In this document: piece by piece, positions 38,691-51,941 of the stretch
Layout: every line of letters begins with the position of its first letter
How positions within the stretch are numbered: position 1 is the stretch's first letter
From: Octopus vulgaris
Lineage: Eukaryota
DNA: 64,000 nucleotides
Assembly (NCBI GenBank): GCA_951406725.2
Contig: OX597815.1
Coordinates: 84,382,001 to 84,446,000 of the forward strand
Reading direction: 5' to 3'
Made by a program: the position numbers and the translations under genes
Notes under the pieces: model-generated
The model's input: the letters and a program-made list of their open reading frames with translations, nothing else
The model's database searches: none
What the model was told of the DNA's origin: nothing

Positions 38691-40104
38691 TATATAGAAT
38701 AAAATAATGATAGTAAAGGAAGGAGGGAAATAAGTAGAGTAGAAACGAATGTGAACGTTAGTAAATAGATAGAAAGAATAAATAACCCTAACTCAAAATA
38801 TCTAAATATATGATATAGTTAAAATTCTGTAAATGAATGAAAGACTGAAAGTGCAGTGTAAACAAAAATGGATGCTTAAAGAGTTTAAAAACGAATATAA
38901 AGATGCAGATTTAAGGTTAAAGAACGAAAATAAAACACAAGAAAGCTAGAAAAGCGCAAAATACGAAATTGGTTACGAAAACTAGAGTGAGAGAAAATAG
39001 AGACCCGAAAGAAAGGAAGGCAGACAGAAAGAGGGAAAGAAAGTAATAAACAAGAAATAGGCGAGGAAGGTGAGATACAAAGAAGTAAATGCTTAAGAGA
39101 AACAACACGCAACAATAAAACTCTGGAGGATTCTAGAGACACCAAGGTTCAGTGATTTTAGTGTCTTGATTGTTTACCTCTTACAGAGAAAACAGATTAA
39201 CGATCGCATATTGACATGACAATATGGCTGAGTGGAAATACGTCAGAGGATCAATCTGAACACTAAATGCACATGCGGTAGAGTGTCAGATATATAATAG
39301 AGTGAGCTGAAAACTAAGGTTATCTTTACAATTAGAAAACACAAAAACTCCATTTTCATTTATGGTTGTTTAAAGTGTAAACAAAAGAAGAATGGGAGAT
39401 AACTATAAGAATTCTATTTGATATTAAAGACTTTAAAAACTATAGACACCGTTGTTAGAATGAGTTATTTTCTTTAAAGCCAACCGTTGAAAGCACTGAG
39501 CATGCTTCGAGATTGTAGCATATTCGGTACAGTCTTTAAGACATACAAATGTTGATGCTCTACTGCATCGAATATTTAGCATGCACAACGCTCCATTGAG
39601 ATATTGCTTCGTCCGGTTTATTGTCGTGTGTGTGTGTTTAAGTGTGTACGTGTGTGTGTGTGTTTTCTTATACATATACATATATGAGAAATATGACTGG
39701 CGAGTGTTGGTGCCGCCACTTATGGTTGCTTTCGGAGTAAGAGGCAGAGAAAGAGAGTTTGCTGAGAATTGGAAGAGAAGTTGCAGTTTCCCTTTAAGGG
39801 GAGAGACCCACTCAGGGCTCCTAATTTTCGTTTTTTTTTTCTTTGCTTATTATTATGCACGGTCTTTTTCTTATAAATGAGAGAATATAGGAAATAATAT
39901 TTCCATATGAAATATTAATTCCCTGTAATTCATTTTTCTTCCCAATTTGAGTGTCCTAGTAGCTGCATATAACGTTATTTCGCTCCAATTGGAGCTTGTC
40001 AATACAACGAAACTTGGGATCATGAAAATGGTCTATGTTCATTTAAAACATTTAGTAATCATATAAGATCGATTTTCTTTTCTTCTTTTTTGTCTTACTA
40101 CTAC

Positions 40105-40137
<33 letters not shown>

Positions 40138-40546
40138 ATGGCCCTGTGATTATGTTAGGATCTGTTTGTTCTAAAGAGGAAGGGAGATAACTTCGAAATT
40201 TAAACTGATTGCAAATAATTAGGAGCAAGCATTCGGGGTGAATCCGATATTTGGTAAATACGAAGACAACTATGCATGTTTTGATCATTCTAGACCTTAT
40301 TACCAAAGAGTAGTTGAACATGTATTTATGTAATTGCTGAATGACATAGAGGATAGAATTAGATTTTATTCTTGTAATTTCTTTGTTGAGGCAATATGAA
40401 ATAATGATATCATATACACTGTGTCCATGCGTTCGAATACATAGTTGAACATGAACACTATTTTATTTTATAACCTTGTTCAATGGGAACACAAACTTAG
40501 TAACTCTCTATTGTCATGATACGGCACGTCTTACTTTCTTCTTTAA

Positions 40547-40577
<31 letters not shown>

Positions 40578-42429
40578 AGTCTCTCCCTCTCTCTCTCTCT
40601 CTCTCACTCAGTCTCTCCCTCTCTCTCACTCAGTCTCTCTCTCTCTCCCTTCCTTTGCAGACTAAATTTAACTGAATCAAGTGCAGTTATTGAAGTAATA
40701 TACCTTATTAAAAAATGCATAAAATGTGATTTTGCTTTAACAAAACAAAAATAAAAGTAACTAAGGTTAATTATATATTATACTACACAGCATGTGACAT
40801 AATCCAGTTGCAATAGTAGAACTGGTATTCAGGTGTTCTAATTAACTTGGGAAGTAGCAGAAAGGTTTCTTTTCTTTCCTTTTTTTTTGCGATGAATCAT
40901 ATTTTCATATGCAAAGTGTAATATATCACATACTGTGTTGCATAATATATACAATTATTTTTCTTTTTCGGATTTATTTTGTATTCCTTCAATAAAACAT
41001 ACGATTGTATACACCTCTAACGTTTACTTAACAGTGTCACGTTCTTTAGTTTGGAAAAGTATATCACCCTTTTGTTGTACATTTATACATGCGAAATTTG
41101 CAGAACTCACGTTAAATCTTGCTGGGTTATTTTTTTCTCTATTGTCCAAGTATACCAAGATCTTATGAATACTGTTTTGACATTAAATAAAATAACCAAC
41201 AAAATGATAATTAGTCTGTTTTCATACAGCGCATATATACACATGTATACACCTGTGTATGTAATTGTATGTATTTTATGCTTATATTGCGCTGCATGAA
41301 GTTAGCAATTTTTTAAACTTTTAAATGGAGCACAATTTTTAACTTCTATGAGTAGAGGTTACAGGGCTTTCCATGCAAATCAGTAAATACATGCAAGTTC
41401 ATGTGTCACTTCCTACAATCCAGTGGATTTGGGGACCTTCAATCTCCATTGGAATATATTGCTTAGAATGTTAGCATCAAGTTATGTACTATATTAAATA
41501 ACACTTGATGAGTTTTCATAATTCAAACCTATAGGTGGAGAGTAAGATGTTGAGGCAGTAGTTAGTATAAAGAGAAAGGCACACAATGTTTGCATATCTG
41601 AGGAATCAGTTACGTGGACTTTATTAACTAATGTAAATACGATTGCTGCGAGAAGTGATTTCTGACGTTTTGACTATAACCCCACAAAATTAATAAGTAT
41701 ATTAGGTCACTGTAGATGGGATTGCGCTGTGAAATAGTAGGGCACCAAAATGTGAACAATTTTATTCTTATTTCTTTGTGATGAAAAAAACTTACTTTTT
41801 CTCAAGTAACGACCTAAATAACAGCTTTAGTATGTGTGAACATTGAATGGTTTAGTAGTGTGGAGAATGTGGGAGCCACGTTCATGAGATTGTGATTGTA
41901 AAGAAAGGGACGCTTTTCAAATAGCTCTAACGCTTCAGTTGTGACCTAGGCAGAACATATTTCGTGCATTTTGCTTTCAAATAGTTTTTACATCAACGTA
42001 TACCATTTAGCAACATTTCATTTTAGACATAGTTCAACAATTTTTAGGAACAAAAAAAATCATCAAATTTCGTATAATATGGACATGAACTATAATTTCA
42101 AAAATGTTTGGTAAAAATGACATCTCGATAATTCCGACCTATAACAGAAAAATTCGTTGCTTTTCCACAAACAGTAACCAACAACAGAAGAAAATGCTCA
42201 AGAAAAAATACAGCATTAAAGCTATTCCGATGTATTAGCGATTACAGTAAACTGGGGAGATTTTTCTGTCAAGTCCCTTTCTCATACCCTTAAGCACTTT
42301 CTTGTGAAGGATAAATTCCGGTACTAAATCACATTTTTGTTGACCTAAATTGTGGAAATTATTGCAGCGAATAATCTGACTGAGAGTAGGATTTACTAAC
42401 ACGAGATTCTTATTAATTTATTGTAATTG

Positions 42430-43300
42430 TAGGTTGGGCCTAATTCACATACGAACTAAAACGACTATTATACAGGGATAGTGCTTTACTGATTATTTCA
42501 TGAAGTTTCTGTCCATGGGCAGTAAAAATAGATACTGCCTGGAGTTAGTTTCACATACTGACACAGATGGAACAGCGGTAAGAGAGGAACTGTTATGACA
42601 TCATGTTTGGTATTGGCAAGGTTAATAAAAGCTGACATTATATCTTACAAAAGTAGTTAACAAGAAGAGGCATAGTTTCAAGTTAATAACACTGTCCATA
42701 TAAGTATTAATGCATCATTGGAAACTTAGTAGCAGATATCTGGATATTATTCAAAACTTGGAAAAGAAATTGACTTCCTCAGTCTTATTGTCTCATCCTT
42801 AGGAGATACAACATGCAAAGCGATCGCTCTTTCTTTAGGATTTCTCTGATTTAGACTGTAGATCGGCTTTCGAGTTTTGAGAAAAACGACACTGTTTAAA
42901 GGCTAAGGACAATTTCTAACCGCCGCTATTATATTTTACCACAACAGAAAGAGCATATATCGTAGTTTTTCTCCAGGTTGTAATCGTATATTCCACTCAG
43001 AGTATGCTGATGCTTTACCACATGACCAGTGACGGAGAAAAATACTTCGAACAAGCGATGCCTTAGAGTAGTATACCAATAAGTTTGATTCCAATAAATT
43101 TGGATTATAGCTCAAGACTCAATGAAGTCTGTAAAGAACCATTGGATCAAGGCCGGATAGAGAAAAGCACGAGCTAGTACCAGCATGCACTGCACCACTC
43201 CCTGAAAAGAGTGTCGTTAATCTTGGTGTAAATAAATCCTGTACAAAGTCATGCTAACTGTTAACTGTGCTGCGCCAGTATCAAAATGCAAAATTCAGAT
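42430..43300 (+). pseudogene. Possible very old Academ-type (XPG nuclease + Cys-rich C-terminus) transposase relic
   Basis: HTDTDG (cf. DTDV), DCRSAF (cf. GCD.TSAF), LP..TS, PLDQG(R) (cf. P...GW), ELVP and NKSCTKSC, in the expected order with many stops and frameshifts. Confidence 0.3.
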
Positions 43301-44774
43301 GCACATTTTTATGTAATTTCAAATGTGTTAAATCAGTGACGTAGTGTTTCTAAGTTAACTGACATTAAAATGTTTTGATATTTGTATGCTTGTCACACAT
43401 CTAAAATATTTTTTCTACAATTTATGAAATTATTTAATGCATTTAAACATAGTTTTGCTATTTGGAGCTTTCAGTGGTTTTAAGGTGCAGTCTTGTTAGT
43501 TCATGTTTATATTATATAAACTTTGTTTGATATCAGGTTTCATTTTTTTTTGTTCCAAGAATTTTTGACTCTCAAATAACGAAAGTCACAAATAATTTCC
43601 ATATTCAATCTAACGAGTGGTCCTGTACACAGTCACTGTCCCTAGTAGAAACAAAAACACCCACATCTGTCTCTCGTATCACACCACAGTGTCTTAAAAG
43701 AAGGATACGTTGAAATGATACGATTTTTCACTCCACAGCAGAGGACTGAATGATTGAAGTTCATCTGGGGGAAAAAGTTAAAATTTTCAGCCATATATCA
43801 CCCCAAAAGAAGAGAGCATCTTGGTTTTCAAAAATATAAAGTAGTTACTTTTTGGAGTAAAATGTAAAAGATGATGGCTGAGGACAAGTGGGGTAAAAAA
43901 TTAAATTCCTGCCGTTACTAAAGTACTGCCGTATAAATGGGCAGAGATCGATGCATTTGCCGGTGGAGGCTTATAATGGAGCGTTCGTAAATCGTATAAT
44001 GAGTAAGGCCTTTGGAACTATACGCATTAGGTGACTGGGTAGAAGATTCATGAAGAACACATAGAGATTGCTGAGATAGCATCTAGATAGTTCTAGTTGA
44101 AAAGTTTTAATTGGTGTGAACAACAGAATAATGTTTGGACACAGACATTGGATTGATCAACTTCTGTCGGTTCGACATAGACAAATACAGGTATATTAAT
44201 TTCGCCTCTGGACGATATATCATAAGCACCAAATGGTAATTAAGAACAGCTCCAGGGAAGAGGGTAGATAATCTTCAAAATCAAGAATTCTCCAATTTGA
44301 CATACCTTAAAGTAAAGGTAAGATTTATTGTCTGGAGACAAGAGGAATTCAGGAACACTTATTTCTTAATGAACGGACGTTTGTCCAACGGACAATTGTC
44401 CCAACTTAACTCCAATAACTAAGAGATTATAGATATGTACCGAAAACATAATCGTCATGCAGTCATTATGACACATCAGACAGAGGTGGATATAATTTAA
44501 ATTAATCAAAATGGTTAAGAATTTACGTAGTATGGCATTTGATATTCCTGTATGTCGTGTTGGCTAGCTGAGTGTGTATGTTGTAGAAGCTGAAACAGCC
44601 AGTGACCCTAGTATACAACACTTACGACGTGTACAGGTATTACATCTGTAGATTATGTTGAACAATAGTTACCTATTTCTACAAGCACACGTACACATAC
44701 ACACAAATATATATTTCTTTTTTTTTTTCAGGATTAAATAAGAAGACGAAAACTGAAAATTTGACATAACTATA

Positions 44775-45235
44775 TATAATTTTATAAAAACGTGGAATAA
44801 ATAAACAAACGAACATATACTAAATACACAGGCGAACAGAAGACACAGGTCACCAACCCCTCATCAGTTTTCGACCAGAGGTTCAAAAGCAATTTCGGCC
44901 AATTATCGATAATATTGCTTCCATTCTGGAAGCACCGACAAGAAACTTGCCGGGAATTGGACCAAAACATAACAAAACAAGACGGACTCGAGACGAGACT
45001 GTTAGTGGACGGACGATGGACAAAACAATAAACAGGATAAAGGCTTAGGAAGAAGAGAAAGACAACAATTAATAATACTAATAATACATATACAACAAAA
45101 AAAAGCCGTGTGACTGCAAGACGGACAAAAGTTGGTAACGTAAAGGACACGAGAGTGGTAGAACGAGGAGCAAAGAGACTCTTGACCAGTCCAATCGAAG
45201 GTAACGCGAATAGGAATGACATCGCCTTAGATCAT
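44775..45235 (-). mobile_element. Unclassified repeat, Penelope pLTR-like
   Basis: T-rich 3' end running into TA; GAAA...gaacc...CTGATGAGGGG layout shared with the unit at 4243-4470. Confidence 0.35.
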
Positions 45236-45319
45236 GTATGTATGTTTGCGTATGTGTGTGTGCGCGCGTGTGTGGGTGTGTGTTTGCATGAATAATACAT
45301 TACGATTTAGAAAGGAGCA

Positions 45320-45700
45320 AGCGGCTGGCCACAATACCTTCGGCAAACGGTCCATAGTGTTGACATTCAATCCCACTGCGTGGCACCTTGGGCAAGTGTC
45401 TTCTACTATATCCTAGAGGCGACCAAAGCCCTGTGAGTGGATTTGGTAGAGGGAAACTGAAAGAAGCCCGTATTATATATATATATGAATATGTTTGTAT
45501 ATCTGTGTTTGTCCCACCACCCACCCACCATCGCTTGACAACTGATGTTGGTGTGTTTACGTCCACGTAACTAAGCGGTTCGGCAAACCCGACCAATAAA
45601 ATAAGTACCATGATTACAAAGAATAAGTCCTGGGGAAGATTTGTTCGACCAAAAGCAGTGCTCCGGCATGGCTACAGTCAAATGACAGACAAATAAAAAA
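45320..45700 (+). mobile_element. CORE-like tRNA-derived SINE
   Basis: ttcaatcccactgcgtggcaccttgggcaagtgtcttctactata...gtgctccggcatggctacagtcaaatgac. Confidence 0.88.
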
Positions 45701-45935
45701 AGATTAAGTTGTTACGGTTCATTTGTACTTTGATGCCCGAAGGATACCATGAGTAGTAAGTGAATTTCGGATGGTTGTCTTTCTAGGAACGAATAAAGGG
45801 AGATGGTAGTTTGAAGGTGACATCTGAGGGACGTATCGACTGGAATAGAATGCAGAATGAAAATTAGCTGCGCAGCAAGTAGAACGTGACATAGTGTGTA
45901 CATATTTATGTTGAAGAGTGTATTTTACAATTCTA

Positions 45936-46447
45936 CTAGCAGTATCGCCCGGCGTTGCTCGGGTTTGTAAGGGAAATAACTATATAAGCATTTTTAGAGA
46001 GTTACTTCCCTTATAGATGCCAATTCGGGCTTTCTTAGTCATTTCTGTTTTGGTGTCTTCAAGCCATGAAGTCGTTGTTCTAAAAGAACGCTGGTCTCCT
46101 TGACAACGCTTTACGACGTTGATTTCCTTACACTCCCTTCCCCACAGCTTCACGAGGGAGGGAAGGAGGGGGAGAAGCAAACAGGTGCAGGTGTGACCAT
46201 GGACGCCAACTCCGCCGCCATCGACACACGAAAAACTATGCATTAAAATAGAATAAAAAATGATGTTAAATTATTTTAAAATCGTAGACTCATCGTAGAC
46301 GCGCGCTAATACTCAGACGGGCTCGATAGGAATCACGACTATAAGATACCTGAATTTGGTTAAACTGCACCGCAAAATGTGGGAGTAGTTAGGAATATAA
46401 ATCGAAGGGGACAGACACTCACACAACTACAGTTTTATATATATAGA
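45936..46447 (-). mobile_element. Non-autonomous Helitron, same 3' end as 18800-19186
   Basis: A|TC start at 46447; ...cccgagcaacgccgggcgatactgCTAG|T end. Confidence 0.85.
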
Positions 46448-46456
46448 TATTTAATA

Positions 46457-46710
46457 GATGAGGAATTGTGTACATTATCTACATTTGACGGATATTTGTC
46501 CTCATCTTGTTTGTTAACACAACATTTCGGCTGCTATACCCTCCAGCCTTCATCAGGGTATTATTATTATTATTAATAATAAGCCTTGGTAGACGGAAAC
46601 TGAAAGAAGCCCGTATTATATATATGAATATGTTAATAATAAGCCTGGAATCGAACTCGGAATCTTGGAGTTAGTCCACGCTCTTAACCCCTACGCCATA
46701 TGCCCGTGGG
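46457..46710 (-). mobile_element. tRNA-like Pol III head + (TAA)n + hammerhead-bearing tail, interrupted by a CORE-SINE fragment
   Basis: A box tggcgtaggggtt (46686-98), B box gagttcgattcc (46647-58), hammerhead at 46516-46562; aataataagcct duplicated around the insert (about 46574 and 46635). Confidence 0.6.
46516..46562 (-). ncRNA. Minimal hammerhead ribozyme
   Basis: aatac c CTGATGA a GGCTG gagggtatag CAGCC GAAA TG TT gtgtt; 5-bp stem II; stem III AUGU is one CpG-type change from ACGU. Confidence 0.7.
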
Positions 46711-47952
46711 CAGTTATGGAGTGAATTTTTAGATTTTTTAAAGTGAGTGTATTTTACTTTGTTTTTTACAGAATTAAGTCTTTAGAATGTGGCTCAGCAG
46801 AGTCATCATTTTCAAGCGTTTTAATTCTGTTGCACACCGAGTGCATATTTGATTCTGAAACTTATATTACCAATTTCTATATATCAAATAGCAAATTTTG
46901 TTTCTTACTAAAATAAGTTGGTCTTATAACGGTTTAAATAATTTATCTTTATATGTATGTATTTATAGACAAATAGAATTTGATGTTACATTTTTATAAC
47001 TTAGAAAAGTAGAATGATCTTCCACCAATGTTTTTCTTTTCTCAAAGAATTTTATCTCTTTAGTTATATTGAATATAATTCTTAAAATGAACCAAAACTA
47101 AAATGTATTAATAAATTATAGCTTTCAGTTTTTCTTCCATATCTTAGACATCTAATATATTACTTGAAGGAAGCTAAGATTAAACAGTCCAATGTCTATT
47201 GAATATTGAATAGCATGCAGGAAATGGAAATTTAATAAAACTATATAGAATTTCATTTAATACGTCTGATTCGAAATAGCCGCCATTTTTGAGGATCGTT
47301 TCTACATGATTTTATGATAAATTGCGAGCGTTTTAATAAACTTATGCTGTTTTATTTTCAGTTAAATCATAAGTTTACATGTAATCCGATTTCCATATAA
47401 CAGGATACAAATGAATGTGTACACCTGACAAAATACAAATTTATTGTTTAAAATGTATGTATGTGTGTTTGTATCTGTATATCAATTTGTATGGTTGATG
47501 AGAGAGAAACACTAAAATGGAATTTTACATGCATTTTATAACGGGACATTTTTATTTATGCTAGAAGAGTGTTTACAGAATCAGAAATTGTCAGCATTTT
47601 GCAAATTAAGTGCTTTAAACATGACGTGTATGTATACGGGTGTGTTTATTTATTTGATTTGTAGTTTGACTGTACGTTTTATATATTTCTTCATGTTGTT
47701 ACGTTTACTATGTCTCCATTCCCAGTACTCCACCTGTCTTTTCTCCACTGCTCCCTTCTACTCTTTTATTATTCGTTTTACTTCACTTTTACTCTTTCAC
47801 TTTATCTTTACTTTTCATCCATTATTGCTTGTTCTACACACACACGCGTGCGCGCATAATTACATATAAATATACATATATTTATAAATATATATGTGCG
47901 TGTGTGCATGTATATACGAATACATGTGTGCACACTTATGCACACATATACG

Positions 47953-48003
<51 letters not shown>

Positions 48004-48042
48004 GTATATATATAAGTATATATATATATATGTATATATAAG

Positions 48043-48074
<32 letters not shown>

Positions 48075-48785
48075 CATATATATATATATATATATACATA
48101 TATATATACATATATATAATAGACAGATATATACATATATATATATATATGATAGATAGATAGACAAGATAGAGGTGTGCGTGTGTTGGCGTGTGTGTGT
48201 GTGTGTGTTTACGAGATTATTTCTCTCATTATCTCCTTGTCATATTCGCGTATTGATTTTTACGATTGCTTTCTTTCTCTTTTGCATTCCTTCCCCGCCT
48301 TCTACCCTTTTAATTATTACTCTATCTATTTATCAGCCCCAGCATTATTCCAGTTTCCACTACATGCAGCAGCAACACATATATTTCTTTGCAAGGCTTT
48401 TAATATTTAGTATTTTGAAGTTTTCAAAAATCAATTGTTTTTCGCTGTTATTGTCATATATGTTTTCATTTTATTATGCGCATTTCTTTTCTATTCGTTT
48501 TCTTCTTTATTTCACTTCCACTATTATTCAATATTATATATTACTATTTTCTTTGTTATCTCACCGGTTCACCCACCAACACCGCATTTTGTTGTCGTAA
48601 TTTTTGTGAGATTTTTTTTGCCTCATTTCGAACGCAACATTCAGTTCACTCGCAGACTGAAAATATTTGTTTATTATTTACATAAACCAAATGTTCGTAC
48701 TCTGTAATGTACAGTCGTTGCTTACCTGCACATACACACAAACTTACATATGCATACATACATACATACACACACACACCCACAC

Positions 48786-48823
<38 letters not shown>

Positions 48824-49039
48824 CGACAGTAGTTAGAACGTCGTCTAAAATGTTGAATGTTTTGCGGTATCGAAATATCTAATGAATTCCACAATACTTA
48901 TCATCTCTCTCTCTCTCGCTCACTCACTCTCTCTCTCTCTCGCCCCCTCTTTCTCTCCTCTCTCCCAATCTCCCCTATTTCTCTTTCTCTCTCTTTCTCT
49001 CTCTCTGTCTCTGTCTCTCTCTCTCTCTCCTTCTCTCTT

Positions 49040-49086
<47 letters not shown>

Positions 49087-49952
49087 AAGAAGAAGAAGAA
49101 GAAGAAGAAGAAGAGGAAAATTTGTGTGTGTGTGGTTATAACGTAATGAACAAGTTTCATGCTCGGATATTGCAGTAATAGGACGGGTCTGTATATTATA
49201 CAGTGCATGATCTATCAATCGTTTTGGTTCAAATGGGATGAACACTCCGCGGGGAAATAAGAGAGAAAGAGAGCGAGAAATGATGATGAGAGAAGGAAAA
49301 CGAGGATTTTAAGGGAAAGGAGAATAATTCTGTTCATAGAATCTACGTTATGTCCCTTTAATCCGCTAAATTAAGGATATTGTTGATATCGTGTGTTTAC
49401 ATCTCAACATAACTACGCCTAATAGGAGTAGCTGGATATGAGAAAGAGTAAATTACATTAAACACTGTGTCTAATCCGGTGAGGGGATGTCTTCCAATTC
49501 GTTAATAGAAACTTGTTGAGATGCATACATTTTACGAAAATTCTGATGATCGGTGCAGTTCTTTGATTTTACATAGATGCGTGTTCTTACAACTATACTA
49601 AACCAGCACTTTTTTGACTAGTTGATGTATCACCTATACCTCTCTCTACAATGCTCCACTAGATAATATGTGTCATACTGCTGCCCTTCAAATTCTAGAT
49701 ATGGCTTGCTACCTATGTACTTTTCTTTTTGTTTATGTGCTTAAAAGTAGACTGGTGATTGGCGTAGTCACGTCCCCGTGGCTCAGTATATATGTTTCTT
49801 TTTACTTCTCTTATTTGACGGGAAGAGATGATCTTGGTTTCGTAAATGACTAAACTAATCATGTATACCGAGTGCAGAAGGCATTGATCTGACTTTCCAA
49901 AGATGCAGTCTGCAGTGGTTATTTTGGTTCGCTTACGTTAAAGGACGTTGTC

Positions 49953-50037
49953 ATATTCGGTCTGCAGTTGAAGGTAACTTTCACATAACGTTTATAGATG
50001 TTTCATGAAAGTTACCTTCAGCTACGGACCTAATATA
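49953..50037. repeat. About 85 bp imperfect hairpin
   Basis: tgaaggtaactttca / tgaaagttaccttca perfect 15-bp core, with pairing extending on both sides. Confidence 0.9.
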
Positions 50038-50800
50038 TTTGTGTCTAGTGAGGAAATGTTTATCTACTAAGGCTAGGAATTTTTTACCTATTCTAGAAAT
50101 TTTGACGGAGAACCATATCACTTCCTTGGGTCTATTTTCATGTTTGGTTCTTGCTAGCGATGGAGCATATGGAATTTTCTCTTCATAGTCACTGTTGGCC
50201 AGGACTCCTTACCGACAATTTGTAGGGATTTTCCTTATAGAAAAATTTCTTTAGCGAAAGCGAAAATATATGGTATATTACAAATTTTAGCAATAAGGTT
50301 TCTAGAGACGATGAGAGTGTTGCAAGACAGTGTATGTTCTTAAGTTTATAATTTGGGTTATGTTAGGCTAGTAAGGGTTTAAATACGTATGAAGTTGAAG
50401 AGGATATATATTGTTTTCGTAAAGATATCGAGTGCATAGCCATCACAGCCGAGGGATATATATATATCATTGGTATTAGATCAAATATTTCAATATAGTA
50501 TATGATTCGAACGATATGTTTAGAACAGTTCGTCCGGGTCGGATTTCATTTAAGCAGAGTTTTTTAGTCAGTGGCAAAATCGGCAAAGAGATGCTTTCTT
50601 CCTACCCGATCGGTAAAATGCGTCCCAATCATCTATTGTAATTATGTAAATCGACTCATGCACCCCACTCTCCTTAGATATATGATCTACTTCTTATGTT
50701 ATTATGATTCCATTTTTGTTTATCTCAACTCAAAATTAGACTTGATTGAACAAAGCTACGTCGAAATGCACGCCCATTGTGACTGACCCATTTTTTATTC

Positions 50801-50830
<30 letters not shown>

Positions 50831-50836
<6 letters not shown>

Positions 50837-51368
50837 AATAGTAAAAAGTGAAAAGACTACAGAAGGCTTGTTTTAAAAGGTTAAAGATATATATTTGAGT
50901 CAATATGTCTGAAGAATATTTTTAATTTTTTTCTTACAATGACATAGTTTAGAAGAAATGACCGATTTCGCGTTTAGCTTTTCAAATTTCTTACGTCGTT
51001 ATGCTTATGTTGAGAAGAGTTATCGTTATGTTTATGTTGAAGAGAGTTCTAGATAAGGGGAGGTAATAAGTGATTTCTTCCGGTGTAAGGGAGATAATCG
51101 CTTAAAATTTTTTGCCTTTCCTTTGGGGTGAATTTCTCTGTATAAGTATGTTGGAATGGTTAAGTCTGGGCTTGTACTTTTCAATGAAGAATGTTTCCTT
51201 GTTTAGTCTAATTTGTGTTGGTGTTCCGATAGCACATTGGTAAAATGGAAAGATTAAAAATTGTGGTAGTAGTTGCTTTGCGCATTTCTCAATGTGCTCA
51301 CTAAAAGGTATCATTCTGTATTCTGAGAATGCAATCTGTTGTCGATGCAGTGTGCATCTACGTCTTTT
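50831..51368 (-). mobile_element. Penelope-like element 3' fragment (GIY-YIG C-terminus + pLTR)
   Basis: RRCTLHRQQIAFSEYRMIPFSEHIEKC...RLNKETFFIEKYKPRLN parallels HRQQI/SEHI of the 22575-24957 element; hammerhead downstream; ends in (TA)n. Confidence 0.88.
50953..50992 (-). ncRNA. 40-nt minimal hammerhead, U3-A8 variant
   Basis: aagaaat TTGAAAA GC taaac GC GAAA TCGG TC atttctt; perfect 7-bp stem I, GUC site. Confidence 0.78.
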
Positions 51369-51479
51369 TACTATTTTCTATATATTCAACCACGTGCTTA
51401 TTACTATTTTCTATATATTCAACCACGTGCTTTCACAAACCAACTTTCTCATCTATATATATATCTTGCAAACAACTTG

Positions 51480-51840
51480 CACATGCAAGTGCTACCAGTT
51501 AAAAGCTCCGTATATCGGAAGCTAGCAAGTGTATGGGGTCATCAGGAGAGAATGCGCGCCGTTTCGGGGCCTACCTCTCGACGACATCAATGCGCACCGG
51601 CCCCCCTCACTGATATGAGGCCCCGCTTGCTAGATCAGCTAGTTATGAAGAACTCAATATACTTCTAGCCATCGCTCATCGTCTCTTTTTAACCAAATCC
51701 AGTGGCTAACCTTCTCCACTGTAGATTGGATATCAGTCATGGTGGTATTGACTTTACGATGAGTTAGGCCTAACGATAACAACAGTCGTCTCACGCTGTG
51801 TCCTACAAACCCTCTACATCCGACTATCGGAGCAGACTGA
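51480..51840 (-). mobile_element. HERO-like non-LTR retrotransposon 3' fragment
   Basis: VGCRGFVGHSVRRLLLSLGL...VEKVSHWIWLKRDDERW* matches the EVGCRGF...S.WLW.KR C-terminus of HERO-type RLE elements; GC-richer 3' UTR follows. Confidence 0.75.
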
Positions 51841-51850
51841 ATAAATAATG

Positions 51851-51941
<91 letters not shown>

